22,015 nt of DNA from Verrucomicrobiota bacterium (GCA_038209745.1 JBBQXJ010000079.1:1-22015); one strand, 5' to 3'. Positions 1-9,484 are shown, counted from the first letter of the stretch. Notes: a model not told the origin generated them from the sequence alone. A program made the numbers and translations.

Positions 1-162
1 CGTTCCTACACGGTCGAATACCGCACCAACCTGACCTCCGGAACGTGGCAAACCCTGGCGGAAGTCCCGGCCGTCTCGAGCGACACCTCCGTCTCCATCA
101 CCGACCCCGACGCCACCACACCCGAGCGCTTCTACCGCATCGTCCTTCCGGTCCAGCCCTGA
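1..162 (+). CDS. 3' end of a secreted/surface protein (partial; starts upstream of the window) with a Verrucomicrobia-type C-terminal domain
   Basis: Frame 1 is open from base 1 to TGA at 160-162 and reads RSYTVEYRTNLTSGTWQTLAEVPAVSSDTSVSITDPDATTPERFYRIVLPVQP. The YxVExxxNL..W...TD....RFYR pattern is typical of C-termini of large Verrucomicrobia extracellular proteins. It is absent from the ORF track because it lacks a start codon. Confidence 0.8.
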   Translation, partial: RSYTVEYRTNLTSGTWQTLAEVPAVSSDTSVSITDPDATTPERFYRIVLPVQP

Positions 163-225
163 CAGTCGGCTTGGAAGCCTGGGTTCGCCTCGGGAATGAA
201 GGCTCTCACAATGGTTTCCGACACC

Positions 226-3213
226 TCACTGCGGACCCCATTTCGTGTTCTTGAGGAATACGACCAAGTCGGCCAGTTCCGGTTTGCTCAGCTGCTCATC
301 CAGCCCCTGCGGCATCACGGATATCGTTCCCGGACGCATCTCGGCCACGTCCGCCCGCGCGAGGCGCAGCTCCGGGCCGGGGCCGGTCACGATCACCACT
401 TCCTCCGCGTTGTCCCGGCGCAACACGCCGCTGAACTCGTCACCGGCCTTGGTCACGATCGTTACCGGCTCATAGCTCCGCACAAAACTCGCGCTCGGAT
501 AGACGATGGATTCGAGCAGGTCGCGCTCAGTCCGCGACTGGCCGATCGACGTCAGATCGGGACCCACGCTACCCCCGAGATAGCCAAGCTTGTGGCAAGC
601 GGTGCAGGCGGCCTTGGCACTGTTGAAAACCGCCTGGCCCCGTCGGGTGTCTCCCTTGAGCAAGGTGAGTTCGGCCAGCAGGGCGTCGAGCCGGGCGGAC
701 TGTTTTGCGACGTCCGTGTTCAGGCTCTGGAGGAAGTCGGCCGCTTCGGTCTGAACGGCGGAGGGATACTTGGCGAACAGCGCCCGGACATTGCCGGCTG
801 GCAGGCTCCGGGCGGCCTTGGATGCGCGCAGCCCGGCCAGCAGCCGGCTTCCAAGCGCCGGATCCGATTGTTGGTCAAAGACCGCGAGCAGGCGCAGCAG
901 CTCGATCGGACTCACGCGCGGGATGGCATCGGCGACTTTTTCCAGGTTGGAGGCGTTGAGATCCGCGCGCTGCAAAACCGCCAACGCGTCGGCTCGTATC
1001 GCGGGAAGTTGGGCCGAGTCGAGATTCGCGATGGCCAGTTCGAGCAGCGCGGGATTGGTCACTTCGATCTTTCCCGTCGTTGCCAGCAGGGCTTCCAATC
1101 GGAAATCGGCGGGCCGCGTCGGATCGGCAGCCAAAGCCGACAGCAGCGGCTTGAGTTCGGCCGTCAAAGGATTCTCCGAACGCGACCGGCCATTGATTTC
1201 ACGGACCGCGCTGACGGACGCACGAACCACCCGGGGATCGGCGTGAGACAACGCGCCTCCGACCGCGGCAATCCATTCCGCAGAAACCTCCTTCGGGTGT
1301 GCCTCCGAAACCGCCTTGAAGAGCATCAACTGCTCGTCCGGCGAAGCCGCTGCGATCCGACGAGCGACACGCGCCTGCACCGCCGGAGCCACGGCCAACA
1401 TCCGCAGAAGCGCCGCTTTTTCCTCCTTTGCTGCGGGGGTGGTGGCCGGCGCGGTCAGGAGGTCGTCGGCCAATCCAGCGCTTTCCGTGGCCCATTCGGG
1501 ACGATGGCCGAAGACCCAGAGAGCTGCGGAGCGCAGCCCTTCATCCGGACTGCGCAGGAATGAAAGACCGTCGATCGCCTTCAAATCGCTTCCGTCCATC
1601 TGGTCCAGCGCGATCAGCGCGGCGCGTTGCACGGGTCTGGACCCGCTCGATAGGCCGGCTCGCGTCTCGGCCGGAGCCGCGATCTCGATGAGCGCGTAGA
1701 CGAGGCTGTGCTGATAGACCACGTCGTTCTTCGGCCCCTGCCGGATGGCTTCCAAGAGCACGGGAACCGCCGCCACATCCCGCAGACGTCCGAGCCCTTC
1801 GGCGGCGATCCGGGCCTCGTGCGCGGACTCGGCGCCGACCGCCGCGTTCTCGCCCGACCTCGCCAAGATCTCGCGGAACCACGGGGCGTTCGTCGGGCTG
1901 TTCCGCCACACGGCGCGACGGAGCGAGACGGCGAGGGTGGAGTCGGCCAGCGCCGGCGGCTGGGTTGTTCGCAGATAGGCGGCTTTGAGATCTTTGCCGG
2001 CGAGCCGCGCCGCACCGGTCTTCCTCACCCGATAGATGCCCCCGAGAATTTCCGGCTTGGACAACTGCGAGCTCGGACAACAGAGCTTGTACCAGCCACC
2101 CGTATCCACCACGAGCAGGCTGCCGTCCGCGTCCTCCAGGACGTCGGTCGGATGAAAGTCCTGCGAGTCGCCCATCAGGAAATCGCTGTCGGTGCTGGCG
2201 TAGGTCCCGCCGCTGGGGCGGAGCACGTGGCGGGTCACCTTGTGCAGGTTGAAGCTGGTGGCGAACAGATTGTCGCGATGGTCCGCGCCAAAAACGTCTC
2301 CTTGGTAGCGGGTCAAACCGCACTCCGCCGCCGGCCCCGCCTGATAGAACGGATGGAGCAGGTCCGGACCGGTGCGCTTCACGCGACCGTCGTCCAGCAC
2401 CTCGTTGACCTTCCCGAAGACGCCGCCATAGACCGCGTGCCCGATGCCGTCCCGGAAACCGGGTTGGCTGAAATCGATGAACGTGCTGGTGAACACCGTT
2501 TCCCCCTCCGCCGTGAAGGCGATCTCGACCGGATTGTCCATCCCTCCCGACAGGACCACGCCCAGGTCGGAACCATCGGGCCGGGCGCGATAGATGTGCG
2601 CGGCCCGATCCTTGAGGATCCGTCCATTGCCCAAAGTGTGCGTCTGTTCGGAGAAAGCGCCCTTGGTCCAGTAGAGGTAGCCGTCGGGACCGAGATAAGG
2701 CCCATGGATGTCGTTGGCGCAGCCCGTGAGCGTGCCTCCCTTGAACCATTCCTCCCGCCGGTCCGCCACTCCGTCTCCATCGGTATCGGTGAATTTCCAG
2801 ATGCTGGGCGGAGCCGCGACATAGACGGAGCCGTCCAGCCAAAGGCACCCCTGCGGAAACATCACCTTGTCCGCGAACACCGACACGTGGTCGAACCGGC
2901 CGTCGCCTTCGCGGTCTTCAAGCCGCAAGATGCGGTGGGTGGGATTGGCCAACTGCTTCTGCGGGGCCTCGTTTGATCCCGAAGAATCGGTCACGTAGAG
3001 CCGACCCTGGTCGTCGAAGCTCGCGCTGACGGGGCGCGGGACCAGGTCGGCCCCGGCGGCCAATGTGACTTCAAACCCTTCCGGAACCGTGAACCGCTGA
3101 CCCTGCACCGAGAAATCGGCGGCGGAGCCGACACTCCAGAAGTGGCCCGCCAAAAGACAGGCCAAGGCGGTCGAAGCCGAGGACCAACACCAGCTACGGG
3201 CAGAAGGGTTCAT
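226..3213 (-). CDS. PVC-type membrane-bound dehydrogenase-domain protein with a helical (HEAT-like) middle and C-terminal c-type cytochrome
   Basis: Signal-like N-terminus, then FTVPEGFEVTLAA...FDDQGRLYV...RILRLEDREGDG beta-propeller and FHPTDVLEDADGSLLVVDTGGWY. The C-terminus has GQAVF..AKAACTACHK (CxxCH), VGPDLTSIG, LLESIVYPS and SVMPQGL (axial Met). ATG at 3213 is preferred over the TTG at 3273. Confidence 0.9.
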   Translation of the reverse strand: MNPSARSWCWSSASTALACLLAGHFWSVGSAADFSVQGQRFTVPEGFEVTLAAGADLVPRPVSASFDDQGRLYVTDSSGSNEAPQKQLANPTHRILRLEDREGDGRFDHVSVFADKVMFPQGCLWLDGSVYVAAPPSIWKFTDTDGDGVADRREEWFKGGTLTGCANDIHGPYLGPDGYLYWTKGAFSEQTHTLGNGRILKDRAAHIYRARPDGSDLGVVLSGGMDNPVEIAFTAEGETVFTSTFIDFSQPGFRDGIGHAVYGGVFGKVNEVLDDGRVKRTGPDLLHPFYQAGPAAECGLTRYQGDVFGADHRDNLFATSFNLHKVTRHVLRPSGGTYASTDSDFLMGDSQDFHPTDVLEDADGSLLVVDTGGWYKLCCPSSQLSKPEILGGIYRVRKTGAARLAGKDLKAAYLRTTQPPALADSTLAVSLRRAVWRNSPTNAPWFREILARSGENAAVGAESAHEARIAAEGLGRLRDVAAVPVLLEAIRQGPKNDVVYQHSLVYALIEIAAPAETRAGLSSGSRPVQRAALIALDQMDGSDLKAIDGLSFLRSPDEGLRSAALWVFGHRPEWATESAGLADDLLTAPATTPAAKEEKAALLRMLAVAPAVQARVARRIAAASPDEQLMLFKAVSEAHPKEVSAEWIAAVGGALSHADPRVVRASVSAVREINGRSRSENPLTAELKPLLSALAADPTRPADFRLEALLATTGKIEVTNPALLELAIANLDSAQLPAIRADALAVLQRADLNASNLEKVADAIPRVSPIELLRLLAVFDQQSDPALGSRLLAGLRASKAARSLPAGNVRALFAKYPSAVQTEAADFLQSLNTDVAKQSARLDALLAELTLLKGDTRRGQAVFNSAKAACTACHKLGYLGGSVGPDLTSIGQSRTERDLLESIVYPSASFVRSYEPVTIVTKAGDEFSGVLRRDNAEEVVIVTGPGPELRLARADVAEMRPGTISVMPQGLDEQLSKPELADLVVFLKNTKWGPQ

Positions 3214-3428
3214 AGGGGAATGGAGCAGAATTTGCCCGCAGTTTTCGGCGGAGAGCAAGCGTTGCCTTTTCAAGCGCGCTTCGCCCCGACCGCCCGCCTG
3301 CCCGGGCCAATTGCCACCTCACTCGCGATCCATGGCACCGCCCCTCACCCGCCTTCGACGTTGGCCCCAGCACCGAGCCTTGTCTTGGATCAAGGTTTTG
3401 CCGAGAGTTCCCGGGTAATCTCCGCTCG

Positions 3429-4751
3429 ATGATCGCCCGCCGCCTCAACCGAATCCTGCTCGTCGCTTCCATGGTCGCCGTCATGGACCCGGCGCCGGCC
3501 CGGGCCCAGCAGGAAGACTATGAGCGGCCTCCCATCCTCTACTCCAAGACCGCGCCGAACGACGCCGTCGGCCGGATCCAACAGCGGATCAAATCCGGCG
3601 AGTTTCGTTTTCCGGAAAGCGACGATCGCTCGATCCTGCTGGCCCTGTTGAAGGAGATGAAGATCCCCGTCGAGTCGCAGATCCTCGTCTTCTCCAAGAC
3701 CAGCAAGCAGCGGGCGCTCATCGGACCTTCGCGGCCCAGGGCGCTGTATTTCTCCGACGATTGCTACGTGGGCTGGGTGCCGGGCGGCGCGATGGAGGTC
3801 GTGGCGTTCGATCCCTCTCTCGGTCCGACCTTCTACCTTGTCGATCCGCACGACTCGGAACAGCCGATGAAGTTCACCCGCTCCGACGATTGCCTGAGCT
3901 GCCACGCCCGCTCGACCACGGGCGACGTTCCCGGGCTGTTGGCACGATCGGTTTTTCCCGACAAACGGGGCGAACCGATCTTTTCCGCCGGATCGACCTT
4001 CGTGACCCAGGAGACGCCCTTCTCGGAGCGGTGGGGCGGCTGGTATGTCACCGGCCGCCACGGCGCCGGCCGGCACCGGGGCAACGCCATCGCCACAGAG
4101 TCGAAGAACGGCGCGGACCTCGACGTCGAACCCGGTGCGAACCAGACCCAACTGGACGCCTTCTTCGATCCTTCTGCCTACCCCCTGGACCAGAGCGACA
4201 TCGTCGCGCTCATGGTTTTCGAACATCAGGTGGGCGCCCACAACGCCCTCAACGAAGCGAACCTCCAGACCCGGATCGCCCTGCACCGTTGGCGCGGGAT
4301 CCGCGAGGCGCTCAAAGAGGATCCCGACCAGCCGCTCTACGGCTCCACCCTCAGCGTCATCAAGCACCAGGCCGACAAGATCCTCATGCAGCTGCTCTTC
4401 GTCGATGAAGCCGCTCTGCCAAACGGTGGGATCCAAGGCGCGACCAACTTCCAAACCGCCTTTGCCGCCACAAAACGAACCGACTCGAAAGGCCGTTCAC
4501 TGCGGGATCTCGATCTCCAGACCCGCCTTTTCCGCTATCGCTGCAGCTACCTCGTCTACAGCGAAGCCTTCGACGGACTGCCGGAGTTTCTTCGCAACCA
4601 AGTGCTGGATCGACTGGACGACATTCTGACCGCCCAGAGTCCAAAGGCCCCCTTCGATCGCCTCCCTTTCGCCGAACGAAAAGCCATCCGCGAGATCCTC
4701 GTCGAAACGAAGCCCGAACTGGCGAAACGCTGGAACAAGCCTGGCGCCTGA
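3429..4751 (+). CDS. Exported conserved hypothetical protein with a single CxxCH heme-binding motif
   Basis: 440-aa ORF with a signal peptide (..PARA|QQED) and CLSCH. The blocks SQILVFSKTS, PRALYFSDDCYVG, ERWGGWYVTG, SDIVALMVFEHQ and GRSLRDLDLQTRLFRYRCSYLVYS are ones I recognise from a PVC/Acidobacteria family. Confidence 0.85.
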   Translation: MIARRLNRILLVASMVAVMDPAPARAQQEDYERPPILYSKTAPNDAVGRIQQRIKSGEFRFPESDDRSILLALLKEMKIPVESQILVFSKTSKQRALIGPSRPRALYFSDDCYVGWVPGGAMEVVAFDPSLGPTFYLVDPHDSEQPMKFTRSDDCLSCHARSTTGDVPGLLARSVFPDKRGEPIFSAGSTFVTQETPFSERWGGWYVTGRHGAGRHRGNAIATESKNGADLDVEPGANQTQLDAFFDPSAYPLDQSDIVALMVFEHQVGAHNALNEANLQTRIALHRWRGIREALKEDPDQPLYGSTLSVIKHQADKILMQLLFVDEAALPNGGIQGATNFQTAFAATKRTDSKGRSLRDLDLQTRLFRYRCSYLVYSEAFDGLPEFLRNQVLDRLDDILTAQSPKAPFDRLPFAERKAIREILVETKPELAKRWNKPGA

Positions 4752-4827
4752 CCTCCGCATCGTCGCCCCTCGACCGGCAGACAAGACTCGCTTGGATGCG
4801 CCCGGATGATCACCGTTGCCGCGTCCC

Positions 4828-6234
4828 ATGAAACCCTGCCTTGCCGCCCTGTTCTCAGCCCTCTTTTTGACGGCTTGTTCGTCGTTGAAGCCATTGGCTC
4901 CCCAGCGCCCGCCCAACTTCGTCGTGATCTTCTGCGACGATCTCGGCTACGGCGACATCGGCTGCTTCGGTTCCAAAACTCCCACGCCGAACATCGACCG
5001 CATGGCGCGCGAAGGCGTTCGTCTCACCGACTTCTACGTGGGCCAGGCCGTCTGCTCGGCTTCGCGTGCGGCACTGCTGACGGGCTGCTATCCGAGCCGC
5101 GTGAGCATCCAGGGCGCGCTCGGACCGCATTCGAAGATCGGCCTGAATCCGGACGAACAAACGATCGCCGAAGTCCTCAAGACGCGTGGTTATGCCACGG
5201 CGATCTACGGCAAGTGGCATCTGGGCGACGCGCCCGAGTTCCTGCCGACCCGGCAGGGCTTCGACGAATGGTATGGCCTCCCCTACTCGAACGACATGTG
5301 GCCGAACCACCCGACCGACAAAAGCTATCCGCCGCTGCCTCTCTACGTGAACGAGACCATCGTCCAGTTCATGCCCGACCAGTCGCAGCTGACCCGCCAA
5401 TACACCGAGCACGCCGTTGGTTTCATCGATCGGAACAAGGACCAACCCTTCTTCCTCTACGTGCCCCACAGCATGCCGCACGTTCCGATCTTCGCCTCGA
5501 CGAACTTCGCCGGCCGCACCGGCCAGGGCCTCTATGCCGACGTGGTCGCGGAGATCGACTGGTCGGTCGGGCAGATCCTCGCCGCGCTGAAAAAGAACGG
5601 CCTCGATGACAACACCCTGGTCGTCTTCACTTCGGACAACGGACCCTGGCAGGTCTTCGGCAACCACGCCGGCAGCACCGGCGGACTGCGCGAGAGCAAG
5701 GGCACGAGTTTCGACGGCGGCAGCCGCGTGCCCTTCGTCGCCCGCTGGCCCAAGCAGATCCCCGCAGGAACAGTGCAGCGGAAGTTCGCCGGCACCATCG
5801 ACCTCCTGCCGACCTTTGCGAAGCTTGCCGGAGCCGCCGTGCCGACGGACCGCAAGATCGACGGCGGCGACATGTGGCCCCTGCTCGCCGACCGGCCCGG
5901 CGCAACATCGCCCCGCGAAGCCCAGATCATCTACTACGGTCGCCATCTCGACGCCGTCCGCGTCGGCGACTGGAAGCTCCACCTCGACCACGACTACCGG
6001 ACGACGGCCATTGCCGGCAGGGACGGAGCCATGGGCAAGTATGGCAGAGGCCACATCGCCCCGAGTCTCTTCGACCTCGCGACCGATCCGAACGAAACCA
6101 AGGATCTCTCCGCCCAGCACCCGGAGGTGATGGCCCGACTCACAAAGCTGGCCGAAGCCACCCGAGACGACCTCGGCGACACCAACCCGACCCGCGAAGG
6201 CAAAGGCGTCCGACCTCCGGGACGGATCCAGTGA
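4828..6234 (+). CDS. Formylglycine-dependent sulfatase (arylsulfatase A-like), predicted lipoprotein
   Basis: Motifs PNFVVIFCDDLGYGD, CSASRAALLTG, GKWHLG, PFFLY..H.MPHVP, FTSDNGP and LFDLATDPNET. N-terminal MKPCLAALFSALFLTAC has a lipobox. ATG at 4828 is preferred over TTG 4816. Confidence 0.93.
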   Translation: MKPCLAALFSALFLTACSSLKPLAPQRPPNFVVIFCDDLGYGDIGCFGSKTPTPNIDRMAREGVRLTDFYVGQAVCSASRAALLTGCYPSRVSIQGALGPHSKIGLNPDEQTIAEVLKTRGYATAIYGKWHLGDAPEFLPTRQGFDEWYGLPYSNDMWPNHPTDKSYPPLPLYVNETIVQFMPDQSQLTRQYTEHAVGFIDRNKDQPFFLYVPHSMPHVPIFASTNFAGRTGQGLYADVVAEIDWSVGQILAALKKNGLDDNTLVVFTSDNGPWQVFGNHAGSTGGLRESKGTSFDGGSRVPFVARWPKQIPAGTVQRKFAGTIDLLPTFAKLAGAAVPTDRKIDGGDMWPLLADRPGATSPREAQIIYYGRHLDAVRVGDWKLHLDHDYRTTAIAGRDGAMGKYGRGHIAPSLFDLATDPNETKDLSAQHPEVMARLTKLAEATRDDLGDTNPTREGKGVRPPGRIQ

Positions 6235-6316
6235 AAGCGGTCTCTGGACGGCTGGATTCTCGCCGCGCCAAAACCCAGCCTTTGACCTCGGGCCTTCGGT
6301 GAGGACAATCGGGACA

Positions 6317-7543
6317 ATGAACAAAGTCGCTTCCGGCCATCCTGCTTCGCTCGGTCCCGTCACCGCCGGGGTCCCCAAGAGAATTCGCCCTCCCCGGCTG
6401 GCCAAAGCCGAGGCCGTGACCAAACCCGGCGTGGCGGAGAGCGCAGCACCTTCGGAGGCGGCGTTCATCTTCGATCTAAAGCCCCACCAGATCGCCAAGC
6501 ATCTCGACCGGTTCGTCATCGGCCAGCGCGAGGCGAAGAAAGTTCTCAGCGTCGCGCTTTGCGACCATTTCCAGCACGTCCGCATGTCGCACGAAGGCAG
6601 CGCAGCGCCCTTCTACCAGAAGCAGAACGTCCTGCTGCTCGGGCCCACGGGCGTCGGCAAGACCCACCTGAGCCGCTCGGCGGCGGAGCTGATCGGCGTG
6701 CCCTTCGTCAAGGCGGACGCGACGAAGTTCAGCGAAACGGGCTATGTGGGGGGCGACGTCGACGACTTGGTCCGCGACCTCTATCGCCGCGCCGGCAACA
6801 GCGTGAAACGGGCCGAGACCGGCATCATCTATCTCGACGAAGTGGACAAGCTGGCCACCAGCCTGCCCGGCGCCGGCCGCGACGTGTCCGGCCGCGGCGT
6901 GCAGACGAACCTGCTCAAGCTGATGGAGGACGGCGACGTGCCGCTGGTCTCGCCGAACGACATGACCGGCCAGCTCCAGGCGGCGATGTCCGCCATGCGC
7001 GGTGGCGGCGGCGCCCAGCCGGAAATCATCAGCACCCGGCACATTCTGTTCATCGTGAGCGGGGCCTTCTCCGGCATCGACCAGATGATCCGTCGCCGCA
7101 TGGACGGCCAAGGCACGGCCAAAGCCACGAAAATGTCCGTCGACCAGCTCTACCAGGAGGTCTCCACGTCCGACATCATCGCCTACGGACTGGAGCCCGA
7201 ATTCATCGGCCGCCTGCCGGTGCGCGTCGCCTGCCACGGCCTCGACAAGGAGGACCTCTTCAACGTGCTGCGGAAGAGCGAGAGCAGCCTCATCCACCAA
7301 TACGAACGGTCCTTCGCCGCCTACGGCATCAGCTGTGAATTCAAGGACGACGGACTCCGCGCCCTGGCCGATCTGGCGTCCGGCGAGAACACCGGCGCGC
7401 GCGGTTTGATGACCGTCTGCGAGCGGGTGTTCCGCGACTTGAAGTTCCGTCTGCCGAACAGCCGCGTGAAGAAGTTCACCGTGACCGCCAAGCTGGTTGA
7501 ATCCCCGGCGGCGGAGCTGAAAGGGCTGCTCAAACAGAACTGA
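6317..7543 (+). CDS. clpX: ClpX-like AAA+ ATPase (atypical paralogue lacking the zinc finger and IGF loop)
   Basis: LDRFVIGQREAKKVLSVA, Walker A GPTGVGKT, pore-1 loop ETGYVG, Walker B IIYLDEVDK, RDVSGRGVQ, PEFIGRLP and TGARGL. ATG at 6317 is preferred over GTG 6299. Confidence 0.85.
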   Translation: MNKVASGHPASLGPVTAGVPKRIRPPRLAKAEAVTKPGVAESAAPSEAAFIFDLKPHQIAKHLDRFVIGQREAKKVLSVALCDHFQHVRMSHEGSAAPFYQKQNVLLLGPTGVGKTHLSRSAAELIGVPFVKADATKFSETGYVGGDVDDLVRDLYRRAGNSVKRAETGIIYLDEVDKLATSLPGAGRDVSGRGVQTNLLKLMEDGDVPLVSPNDMTGQLQAAMSAMRGGGGAQPEIISTRHILFIVSGAFSGIDQMIRRRMDGQGTAKATKMSVDQLYQEVSTSDIIAYGLEPEFIGRLPVRVACHGLDKEDLFNVLRKSESSLIHQYERSFAAYGISCEFKDDGLRALADLASGENTGARGLMTVCERVFRDLKFRLPNSRVKKFTVTAKLVESPAAELKGLLKQN

Positions 7544-7546
7544 CGT

Positions 7547-8410
7547 GTGGCGCCATCGCCCCCAGCCCAACGTCCGCTTGGAAGACCCGCGCGATGGGTT
7601 CGGCGCGTGATCCCCTACCTCGCTATCTATCTGGGCCTGGCCCTGCTCGCAACCCTGTTTCAGCGGAAGCTGATCTATCAGCCGACTCTCATGACCCCCG
7701 CGATGGCCGACACGCGGGCGAAAGGCGAGGGACTGGAACGGTGGATGAATGCGGCCGGTGAACCCATCGGATGGAAGCGGCTCTTTCCCGCCGGGTCGGC
7801 CCAAGGCAGCGTGCTGATCACCCACGGCAACGCGGGCTGCGCCGTGCAGCGCGGGCACTATGCCGAATCATTGCGCGACGCGGCGGCGCTCGACGTGTTC
7901 CTCCTGGAATATCCGGGCTACGGGGACCGCCCGGGAACCCCGAGCGAGAGCACCCTCTTCGCCGCCGCCGAGGAAGCCTTCAACCTGATCCCGACGAAGG
8001 CACCGGTCTACCTTCTAGGCGAATCGCTCGGGACCGGAGTCGCCGCGCACCTCGCGGGCCACGATCCAGACCGGGTCTCGGGCCTCCTGCTCGTGGCCCC
8101 GTTTGACCGCCTGGGATCGGTAGCCCAGCGGCAGATGCCGATCTTTCCCACACGCTGGATGCTGCTCGATCCCTACCGAAGCGACCAAGCGCTTCGTTCC
8201 TACCACGGTCCGGTCGCCGTGTGGCTCGCGACCCAAGACGAGATGGTGCCGGCTAAGTTCGGGCGGCGGCTCTTCCTTGGTTACAACGGGCCAAAGCGAG
8301 TGTGGGAGTTCGATGGTCCAGGTCACAACGAGCTGCCGGAGCGGTCGGCAGCGTTCTGGAAGGAAGTCGTCGAATTCTGGGAGAAGCCTCCGAGCGGCGA
8401 TCCGCCATGA
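7547..8410 (+). CDS. Membrane-anchored alpha/beta hydrolase (BEM46/ABHD13-like)
   Basis: N-terminal TM helix then QRKLIYQP, HGNAG, EYPGYG, nucleophile GESLG, acid QDEMVP and His GHNEL. It starts 3 bp after the clpX-like stop, so it is probably co-transcribed. Confidence 0.9.
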   Translation: MAPSPPAQRPLGRPARWVRRVIPYLAIYLGLALLATLFQRKLIYQPTLMTPAMADTRAKGEGLERWMNAAGEPIGWKRLFPAGSAQGSVLITHGNAGCAVQRGHYAESLRDAAALDVFLLEYPGYGDRPGTPSESTLFAAAEEAFNLIPTKAPVYLLGESLGTGVAAHLAGHDPDRVSGLLLVAPFDRLGSVAQRQMPIFPTRWMLLDPYRSDQALRSYHGPVAVWLATQDEMVPAKFGRRLFLGYNGPKRVWEFDGPGHNELPERSAAFWKEVVEFWEKPPSGDPP

Positions 8411-8567
8411 TCTGGAATCGATGGGCCAAAGAATCAGTCCGATGGTCAAGCTGATCGAGGCCCAAGCCCGGCGACAGGGAGCGGTGCTGGTCACGCGCAA
8501 TGTGCAGGAATTCCAGCGGGTGTCGGGATTGTCCGTTGAAAACTGGGAAGACCTTTCTTCGGCGTGA
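8390..8567 (+). pseudogene. vapC: VapC/PIN-domain toxin remnant (C-terminal portion only)
   Basis: IRHDLESMGQRISPMVKLIEAQARRQGAVLVTRNVQEFQRVSGLSVENW matches the VapC C-terminus (IR..L...G..I...D.LIAA.A......LVT.N..EF.RV.GL.VENW). The conserved Asp is replaced by Val, there is no N-terminal half, and no antitoxin gene is present. The 5' boundary is approximate. Confidence 0.8.
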
Positions 8568-8617
8568 CTCATCCGACCATCGCCAAGCTTCGACCAGTCC
8601 GCTAGCTTCTCTCCAGC

Positions 8618-9484
8618 ATGGCTGAAATCGGCAGACGCAACCAACTCCACGTCCTCCACAATTCCCCCCAGGGACCGTATCTGGACGGTGGAGAACTGGG
8701 CCCGATCCTCCTGCCCAACCGCTATGCGCCGGACGTGTTGCCGGCGGGCGAAACGGTCGATGTCTTCGTCTATCGCGACTCCGAGGACCGCCTCATCGCG
8801 ACGAACGAAACACCCTTGATCCAAGTGGGGGAGTTCGCCTGCCTCAGTGTCGTCGGAATCCACGAAAAGGCCGGGGCTTTTCTCGACTGGGGTCTGCTCA
8901 AGGACCTTCTCCTGCCCTTCCGCGAGCAGTCTGGACCCGTGCGCGAAGGCCAGTGGATCGTCGTCCGAGCGGAGCTTGATGCCCGCACCGGACGGATCGT
9001 CGCTTCGGCCCGCTTGGACCGGTTCCTCAACCAAACGCCGCCCGGCTACAAAAACGGTCAACCGGTCTCGATCCTGATCACCGGCCGAACGCCGCTCGGC
9101 TACAACGCCATCGTCGAGAACGCCCATCGCGGCCTGCTCTTCCACAGCAGCGTCACGGAACCGCTGCGGCTCGGCGCCCGGATGGACGCCTTCATCCGTG
9201 AGGTCAGACCGGACGGCAAGATCGATCTCAGCCTGGACGGTTCGGGCTATGGGCGCGTCGCCACCGTGACGGAAAAGATCCTCCAGGCGTTGGACCGCAA
9301 CGAAGGCCGGCTGGAGTTCGACGACGACAGTTCGCCGCAGTCGATCCGGCTGGCGTTCGGCGTGAGCAAGAAGGCCTTCAAGCAGGCGCTTGGATCGCTG
9401 TTCAAGGACGGCAAGATCGTCTTCGCCGACGCCGGCATCGAGCGGTCCAAGGCCCCATCTACTTCGAAGTCGCTTTCAAGATGA
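8618..9484 (+). CDS. cvfB: CvfB-family S1 RNA-binding protein
   Basis: MAEIGRRNQL..GPYLDGG..ILLP, VFVYRDSEDRLIAT, GAFLDWGLLKDLLLPF.EQ, VRPDGKIDLSL, and winged-helix DDSSPQSIRLAFGVSKKAFKQALGSL. Confidence 0.9.
   Translation: MAEIGRRNQLHVLHNSPQGPYLDGGELGPILLPNRYAPDVLPAGETVDVFVYRDSEDRLIATNETPLIQVGEFACLSVVGIHEKAGAFLDWGLLKDLLLPFREQSGPVREGQWIVVRAELDARTGRIVASARLDRFLNQTPPGYKNGQPVSILITGRTPLGYNAIVENAHRGLLFHSSVTEPLRLGARMDAFIREVRPDGKIDLSLDGSGYGRVATVTEKILQALDRNEGRLEFDDDSSPQSIRLAFGVSKKAFKQALGSLFKDGKIVFADAGIERSKAPSTSKSLSR

Noticed and set aside
196..2976. Long + strand ORFs 196-1563 and 1708-2976
   Set aside because: Antisense shadows of the dehydrogenase/cytochrome gene, with no motifs. Such ORFs are common in high-GC DNA.
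5053..5085. CSASR instead of CxPxR in the sulfatase signature
   Set aside because: CxAxR is a known natural variant of the formylglycine motif, so it is neither novel nor evidence of inactivation.
4855..7858. Minus-strand ORFs 4855-6585 and 6476-7858
   Set aside because: Antisense to the sulfatase and ClpX-like genes, which carry the recognisable motifs.
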